A DNA stretch of 53,185 bases, counting the filler, from Diploschistes diacapsis (taxonomy: Eukaryota), in the NCBI GenBank assembly GCA_023645945.1. It is 4 parts of 4 records of this genome, joined end to end, with 100 filler letters (N's around TTAATTAATTAA, not from the genome) between each part and the next. Parts side by side here need not be neighbours in the genome. Positions count along the whole stretch, not along the records: positions 39,978 to 53,185 come from JALAIB010000680.1; 3 more parts are not named here. One strand, given 5' to 3'. The notes under the pieces are model-generated. The model worked only from the letters and a program-made list of their open reading frames with translations. It was not told the origin of the DNA and did not search any database. Shown here one piece after another: positions 45,873-53,185 of this stretch. The position numbers and the translations under genes were made by a program. Every line of letters begins with the position of its first letter. Positions within the stretch are counted from its first letter, which is position 1.

Positions 45873-48125
45873 ATGGCTGCTGGAGTACCAGAAATGGGAA
45901 TTGAGACTGGCAAGGGGCAAATGGATGCTCGTGGTGATCAATCACAGCCTGACCCTAGGCCTGAAGACACGGCAACCACAAAAGCTGAGCTCTTAGAGAG
46001 AAAGTATGGAGAAGAGACTAGTGTCGCGGATGGCGAGAGGCCGATGAAGCGAATGCGCACAGATGAGCCCGCGAGTGAGACGAATGCGACCCCGGATGCT
46101 CCTCGGTCACGCCAAAAGGGAGTGGCTCAGATCAAGACAGAGTTAGGACCCCGCATTGTTCCAATGCCCTTTGCTAAGTTATATCGAGGTATCTCCTCAA
46201 TGCATCCGGCCGCAACAGGGACTCACATGTGCTCGATGACGATGCTGCTGAAGCCGGGGCCAAGGTCGACGCCAGGGACCAGCCGAAGAAGAAAAGGGAG
46301 AGGGGCCAGAACAAGGCCAGAAGCTTTGGCTCCTCACGCGACGAGAAGGGGTTGTGCTCCACGAGAGCTACTTATCCAGAGTTCTCCCCAGCTACTTGTC
46401 AGTTTGGTGAAGCCTGCAAATGGGAGCACGATCTGCGAAAGTATCTGAGGGATTGGAAGAGACCTGATCTTGAGACGTTCCATGGCAGGTGTCCTGTTTT
46501 TGCGGCAAAAGGCTGGTGTAACTCGGGATGGAAGTGTCGATTTGCTGGGTCCCACTCAGCTGAATACGAGACAGAAGACGGCCGAAAGGAACTTGTTCTC
46601 CGCAGAGAAGGTGAATCAAACACGACCGAGGCAGACGTTGCCGTTGCTGTGGTCAATCAGGTCTCAACGGCCACGAAGAATGATCTTACGAGGAAGAAAT
46701 TCGCAACCTTAAAGACGGATGAGTACCTCGAATGGATGAACGGTAAATCAGAAGATCTGCTGGATGATGACGAGCGGCAGGAAAATAGAGCAGCGTACAA
46801 GGAGCCCCCTTTTCGACCTAGCGAGAAGCGAAAGGTCTATTTTGGTCCTGAAACTCCGATATTGGCTCCATTGACGACGCAAGGAAATCTGCCGTTCAGG
46901 AGGCTATGCGTCAGCTTAGGAGCTCAGATCACCTACTCGGAAATGGCCATGAGTCTGCCCCTCCTCCAGGGACAGAAGTCGGAATGGGCGTTGATGAGGG
47001 CGCACGAAGTCGAAACAGAACCGCCACGCTACGAATCGAAAGGGTCCGTTACCCAGGACTATGACAATACGAAGGACTTCAAGTTTGGGGCTCAGATTGC
47101 CGGCCACAAGCCTTGGATCGCGATGAAGACTACGGAAGTCCTGGCTAAGGTCTGCTCTCATCTGAGAGTTATAGATCTCAACTGCGGCTGTCCTATCGAT
47201 CTTGTTTGCAAAGCTGGTGCTGGCTCGACGCTGCTTGAAAATCCAAGCAAGCTAGAAAAGATCCTCAGAGGGATGAACGCTGTCTCAGATGAAATCCCAA
47301 TTACAGCGAAGATCAGGATGGGGACTCGGGACTCGAAACCTACAGCCGTAAAGCTAGTAGATCGGCTGGTGTACGGAAGCCAGGTATCTCAGGAAGCTCG
47401 AGAAGAGCCTAGCGGCGTTGCAGCGATTACCCTGCATGGACGAAGCAAGCAGCAACGGTATACTAGGAATGCAGATTGGGACTACATATCTACCTGTGCG
47501 GCCCTAATAAACCGACACAAGAAAAAAGGCGACGACATGAGTGACACCATTCGAGAGGCCGATGCGAGAGACCAAGCCAAAAAAGCCTACTTCATCGGCA
47601 ACGGCGACTGCTATTCTCACGTCGACTACTACAATCGCCTAGAGAAAGCCAACGTTGACAGTGTGATGGTCGGCCGTGGTGCGCTCATAAAGCCTTGGAT
47701 ATTCGAGGAAATCGAAAGGGGACAATACCTCGACAAGTCGGCGAGCGAGAGACTGGGCTACATTGAGCAATTCTGTAGGAATGGTCTCGAGGCTTGGGGC
47801 TCTGACGAGATGGGAGTCGGCCTCACTCGACGGTTCCTATTGGAGTGGCTCAACTTCACGCATCGTTACGTACCGATTGGGATTCTCGAATATCTACCGC
47901 CCAGCATACAGGACCGTCCACAAGCCTGGAAAGGAAGAAACGAGCTAGAGACACTGATGGGAAGTGAAGACTACAAAGACTGGATAAAGATTAGGTAAGG
48001 TAACTATTCGGCGTATTTGCAATGCTAACGTTGGCAGCGAAATGTTTCTTGGACCAGCTCACAAAGATTTTAGATTTCAACCGAAGCATAAGTCGAACAG
48101 CTATGAGATAGAGGCTGAAGGATAG
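45873..48125 (+). CDS. DUS3: tRNA-dihydrouridine(47) synthase Dus3, 2 introns
   Basis: Exons 45873-46141, 46189-47994 and 48038-48125. CCCH fingers, [39 protein letters not shown] and C-terminal [10 protein letters not shown]. Confidence 0.95.
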
Positions 48126-48751
48126 ACATCAAATTAGGCTGGAATCAAACCATTCTTACTGTTGCATTAGATGTTATTAGTGACTACTTACCAAGTGCCT
48201 GTAAAGTATCTCGCAAGGTTTTGGTAGAGTTCGCTGCATGATAGCCCTCTAGAGAAGAGGCGAGAGCTCCGTGCCCATGCTGAAGCCCACATCTGATAGC
48301 ACTTGTTCGGTGCGTACCTCTCTTTGTGGTACCATCAGGTACAGTATAGGCTACATGGTAATTGCTCGCTATATCGAGGTCGTTCCTCGTCTGATCGTTC
48401 CAGGAGGCTTCCAGTGTTCAATTCCCCGATGCGCTTAGCGCAGGTTGTTTGCACTTCCCAAAACAGGAACATAGTGGGCAATGACGTAGCTCCAGGCTGA
48501 CGCCAGGCCCCAGTTATACACAACAACACCTTCAAGCCCTTTTAAGCCAGCTACTTCAAAGTTTTCAACCTCGCTCTAGTTAGTTGATCGATTGCTGTTC
48601 AAGCTGCAAGAAACCATCTAAAAGCATTTCTGCTTCGATCCGAAGCACTACTACAACCATTATCATACAGCTGCTTCCAGCGCCAGTGATCCTAAGGAGA
48701 CTAAGGTCTTTACACGTGTTCTAGTAGCCCCAGTTCTACCACGACGCAATC

Positions 48752-49655
48752 ATGACGCTCTATTATAGCCTCGTAAGCTGCTTCTTCCTTCTCACAACTC
48801 ATTCCCTCTATCAATCGTGCCTGCAGCTTGAGCTTCGATTGTGAAACTCTTGCAGGATAACGCTGCCACTTTGACATGGCTCCCTCACTTGTTTACATCC
48901 CGGTTAGCTTGAGAGAAATTACGTTGATGCAAGCTAACAATATGCTTGCTAGGTGTTTGCCCTTCTCGTGGCCGAGATGGGACTCTTCATGATGCTCATC
49001 GTCCCTATGCCACACACCTGGAAGAGAAAACTCTTCAACTTCATCTCGGAGAGTCCATTGATAGCAAAACTGCAATACGGTATGAAGGTAGGTAATTCTG
49101 TCCAACCAAAACGCACGATACTTATGTTTAGATTACCTTCATCTTCATCTTGATCTTGTTCGTGGACAGTGTCAATCGTGTTTACACCATTCAATTGGAG
49201 ACGGCTCAGGCAAAAAGCGGGTCGAGTGGGTGAGTGGTCACGTAAAATTTACACCACCCCGTAGCTGATTACCATATAGCGCTGCGGTTGTCGGCCACGA
49301 ACGCTCTGAATTACAGTCTCGCAAGTTCTACTCTCAACGCAACATGTATCTCTGCGGTTTCACGCTCTTTCTGTCCCTGATCCTCAACCGTACCTATATC
49401 ATGATCCTCGATACACTTCGCCTTGAAGAAAAAGTTAAGCGTCTTGAAGGCAACCCTAAGGCTTCGAGCAAGGAATCTGCTAAGCTTGGTGAGGCTGGTC
49501 AGGCTGGTGAGATTGGTCGTCTTAAGAATGAGCTCGGCAAGCGTGATTCCAACATCGAGGCCCTCAAAAGGCAGATGGAGGGTCTCCAGCGCGAGTACGG
49601 TGTCATGGGTGACAAAGTTTCCGCCGCCGATAGTACCCCTAAGAAAGACAGGTAG
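48752..49655 (+). CDS. BAP31/Yet-family ER membrane protein, 3 introns
   Basis: Exons 48752-48772, 48953-49087, 49132-49229 and 49280-49655 give MTLYYSLVFALLVAEM...RKFYSQRNMYLCGFTLFLSLIL, a coiled coil and a C-terminal KKxx signal (KKDR). Confidence 0.92.
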
Positions 49656-50588
49656 ACGCTTCCTCGGGGAACTCTTGGACCTGATCAATCAGGTGTGCTC
49701 GTTGCTACGAACCCCACAGAGCACGCTACTTGGCCCAGGGTTACTGCGTGTGTAGAATTACGCATCAGTGTACTAACTTTATGAGGAGCATGAGATAGTC
49801 GATGGGGTGCACTTTGGTACGACCAAAAGCTAGGGGTGTTTGATGCTAGCACAGCCCGTGGCAAGACAAGACGAAAGAACAGAAGCTCGAGTGTTTTCTA
49901 GTCGGCCTTGTTGGGCGCGCACATTTACAAATAGAGTAGATTTTGTCGATCCGTTTTTACTCCATAGTTGATGCAGTCGTTTGCCATGGTGTTATTGAGA
50001 TGCAGTGAGCGGTTCGTTGTCTGTGCCCCATGAATATCCTGCTTTGCTTTTAATCCCATACCAAGGGCATTAGTATACTATAGCGTTCCTCAGACGGCAT
50101 AGAAGATTTAGTAACTCGCATTACCCTAGGTTCATATGGTTCTCGCTTCGCATTTGTTTCCGTCGCTGTAATTTCTGTGTTAGTCTGGGCATCGATGCAC
50201 GCCAATGTTGGGCAATTCTATTTAGGACGCTTGATGAACTAGGAGCGGCTAATGTGGTAACTACTATCATTATTTTGTCTAGCTTGCATGCGGGGACTTG
50301 TTTGTGTAACACAGTGATTGGCAAGTGGTTTTTCAAATGGTGTTGCTGAAACTGAACATACCCGGCGTAGAGAGCTTGCAGCTCCAAAGCCGTTTGAAGT
50401 ATCTACCCGCCTGGTGCGCGTTGCGGGCGCTGCGGCGTTGTTAACCAAGCTTTAGTACATCCATAGAGAGGGGGTGTTGTTGGAAGTAATGTAACCTGCG
50501 GCAGCGCCAGTCATTATTGTCTGCTGGAGCGTCATACTATGGCAGTGGCAGCTGAAGTGTCTTTGTTGCCTCCTCGCAGCACAATCTA

Positions 50589-52795
50589 ATGTCGCATTTC
50601 TCGCCGCATACCGATTCTCCCAGCTCTCCAGCCGCACCGTTCAACAAACGGTCTTCGGCGTGAGTACATACAGCAACGATAAGGCATACATCTAACCTTG
50701 CACAGAGACTCTACCGGCCATCTCCTCCCAAATCCTCAAAAGTCGCCAGGTCTCTCGAGTCCAAGCGATGTTGCCGACCCCTCCCCTATCGCTTCTTCGA
50801 ACGGGACGGACTTTGATGAGACTGCCGCGGACAATGCAAAAGAGCATACTGACGACGATGCTGGGCCGGTCCCGCCACATCGGGCTTTTATAACGGTATA
50901 TATCGTCAGTCAGTCGCATCAACCCAGCATGCTCATAGATCAGGTGCAAACCACCGACGCCGAGGGGAACTCATTCAAGCCTGCCATTGACGATGAAGAT
51001 CCAAATTCCGTGATTCACGCGCCGGGAAGCTTCCAGTCTTTCGTGCGTCGAATGAGCTTTTGACAGCTTGTGGTGGCTGATGGCGCTTAGCACAGTGGGA
51101 AGTCCCCCGCCATTAGGAGATCTACTCCGACTCCATCGCAAAGGTCCGACATTACGGTCATATCACCTCAAGACGATGAAGCTGCCAAAAGTGTAAGGTT
51201 TGCCGAATACATGGCTGTATGGGCTCTGATATATCATAAGCACAACCCTCTTTCGCCTCCCCCAATCTCCACAGACGTTCCACCAATGCATGACTTGTTC
51301 ATGACCCCAAGAGCCCAGACGAGGCAGGAAGCAGAAGCTTCCGAGCGCGGAAAGGCGGCAAAAGTTCGGTCGCAGAGTCTGGAAGGTATACAAACGTGTC
51401 CATGCCCTACTATTTGAACTCATAGCTGTAGACATCCCGGAAAACCAGGACAACGAGGACGAGCAACACGAATCCTTCAACACGGCGGCAAGCCAGTTCC
51501 AACGGACTGCTGATGATATTGCCGCATTGAGACTTGCATTGAGCGAGTGCTGGACATTGTGCAACACGCTAGCTGGACTGAGCCACGTACATAGGGAACG
51601 CGCATTTCGACATACGAACAAGGGAGACGGGCTGGAACAGGCTTGGAAGTCGTGTTGGAAGCTGTGCCAACGGCTGTACGATACGTGGGATGAAGAACAG
51701 CCGTCCCAGGTCTCGCCGACGCTAAACTTGTGTCGCGAGTTCTGCCAGTGTTTGTTTGAGGTTCGGCAACGCGAGAATGATCTTGCAGATTCGGTACTTC
51801 GCGTTAGTTTCGAGCTCAACAATCACCTCTACAACACTCATGATCGCGCACTTCCGGAGGCCTTCAGAGAGCGGACGCTGGATTTCTACATCACGCTGTG
51901 TCACCGGTTGATGAAGCAAAGGAGCAGAATGCTTGAAGAGACGGACAATCTTCTCCGAGCCTGCTGGTCTTTAGCGGAGATGCTGTTTAGCCTAAGACAG
52001 AATAAGAGGGAAGGGAAAGCGCCCGACGAAGAGCTTTTGGGATCCGCAGTGCAATCTTGTTGGGAGCTTTGCGACTTGTTCAGGGAGGGCTGGACACGGG
52101 TGAGGCCAGATCGCGGAACACCGAGACCCAGCCAGCCGACATTTACGCAAGCCTTTCATCAAGCAAGAGAGTCTGAAAAGGCCACCACTGTCTCTCTGGC
52201 CGAAGGCGACGAAGAGGATTATGATGTTGGACGTCTCAATCCTGAGACCCCAACAACGATATTCGAGGACACCCAGCAGATGTCGCCAGACGAAGCCCAT
52301 GTTCCTAATATTGTCGTTCTTGGCCCCGAGGCGCTGGATCGGTACGGGCCAGAATGGTCGTCTGCATCAAGTACGCTCTCTGGCTACTCTCAGGCGTCAA
52401 GCCAGACCGCTTCATCGACAAGCACAATTATCAATCCGGCGGAAGACCCCCGTCTAACATGTTTGCGGCTCCTCATCATCAAGGTGGCGATGAACCTGGG
52501 TTATAGAAGGGCGGAAAAACTTTCTGTGTTTGTAAAGAGCATACCAACAAATGCCTTTGGTACAGCTCAATGGCAGACACGGCTGTTGGAGCAGTACAAG
52601 AAGCTTGTGGCCAGCGATGCTACATTTAGGACTGCTGGACCCCCTCGAAGAGCAGCTGCTGCGGATGTTGCTCGTAGTGTGAAGTGGATGACTGGTATAG
52701 GTCAATACGTATGGCTGAAAGACCTTTTCCGGTGGGTGTTTGGCTTCCATATCGAGGAAGCCGAGATGAGACCTAGTATGGACATACAATCGTGA
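50589..52795 (+). CDS. Conserved hypothetical fungal protein, multi-exon
   Basis: Spliceable Ser/Pro-rich 5' exons lead into a 422-aa terminal ORF with helical Cys/Trp motifs (ECWTLCNTL, AWKSCWKLC, CWELCDLFREGW). The 5' exon boundaries and start are approximate. Confidence 0.7.
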
Positions 52796-52964
52796 CAATA
52801 CACGGTGACTACACCGATACGCTCGCAGCAGATACGCAAGCAACTTCCGTCTTACGCAGCGACAATTTGTTTGATACAAAGAAGATATTGCGGCCGTTGG
52901 GTGCTCTATACCCCTTTTTGCGTTGGTGTCTAAAAACTGCATATACCTGTCACGACATATCTAA

Positions 52965-53185
52965 TCAATTCATCTTATTCATAACCTCTCCGGACTTGAT
53001 AAACCTGTCCACAACCTCCGCTTGCTCCTCGTACCACATCCTAAAGATCTTCTCTTCTACATACCCCATGTGCGGGCTAAGCACCACCTCGCTCTTCCCG
53101 TCTCTCCCCCAACCAGTCGTCCTCCACTTGCTATTCTTCCCAAGGGGCTCCTCCCAGAACACATCCAACCCCGCCCCCCTAATCC
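52965..53185 (-). CDS. D-isomer-specific 2-hydroxyacid dehydrogenase, C-terminus only
   Basis: IRGAGLDVFWEEPL...VVLSPHMGYV catalytic motifs, truncated by the window end. Confidence 0.88.
   Translation of the reverse strand, partial: IRGAGLDVFWEEPLGKNSKWRTTGWGRDGKSEVVLSPHMGYVEEKIFRMWYEEQAEVVDRFIKSGEVMNKMN

Noticed and set aside
26662..48125. Apparent tRNA-modification or ribosome-biogenesis cluster (TYW1, DUS3, SFP1, ribosomal protein genes)
   Set aside because: Most of these genes lie on different contigs joined artificially.

Overview
Fungal genomic DNA from a filamentous ascomycete (Pezizomycotina), with short spliceosomal introns and RIP-type decay. The window is not one locus. It is four ~13.2 kb contigs (1-13233, 13334-26561, 26662-39877, 39978-53185) joined by artificial N44-TTAATTAATTAA-N44 linkers in descending size order. 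Contig 1 holds a partial GliK/GGCT-like gene, MSH6, an intron-containing tRNA-Ser(GCT), an Rrn9-domain protein, Mak31/Naa38, a TUG/UBX protein, RPL36 and a small heat-shock protein. Contig 2 holds RIP-degraded nested Fot1/pogo and Tc1/impala transposon ends, several broken genes (secreted peptide, aldo-keto reductase, Zn2Cys6 factor, RTA1, RidA), RPS20 and a partial nitroreductase. Contig 3 holds TYW1, a small conserved hydrophilic protein, EGT1 and a partial hypothetical gene. Contig 4 holds SFP1, DUS3, BAP31, a conserved hypothetical gene and a partial 2-hydroxyacid dehydrogenase. The strongest signals are non-canonical gene expression. (1) The conserved RPS20 protein is restored exactly by a U2-type AT-AC intron, next to a GC-AG intron and a 16-nt microexon. 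(2) RPL36 and DUS3 each need a GAG 3' splice site. (3) SFP1 has a ~716-nt AUG-free upstream stretch with an in-frame CUG in strong context, suggesting a 94-aa non-AUG N-terminal extension. All gene models were built by hand from the sequence and none was checked against databases or RNA data.
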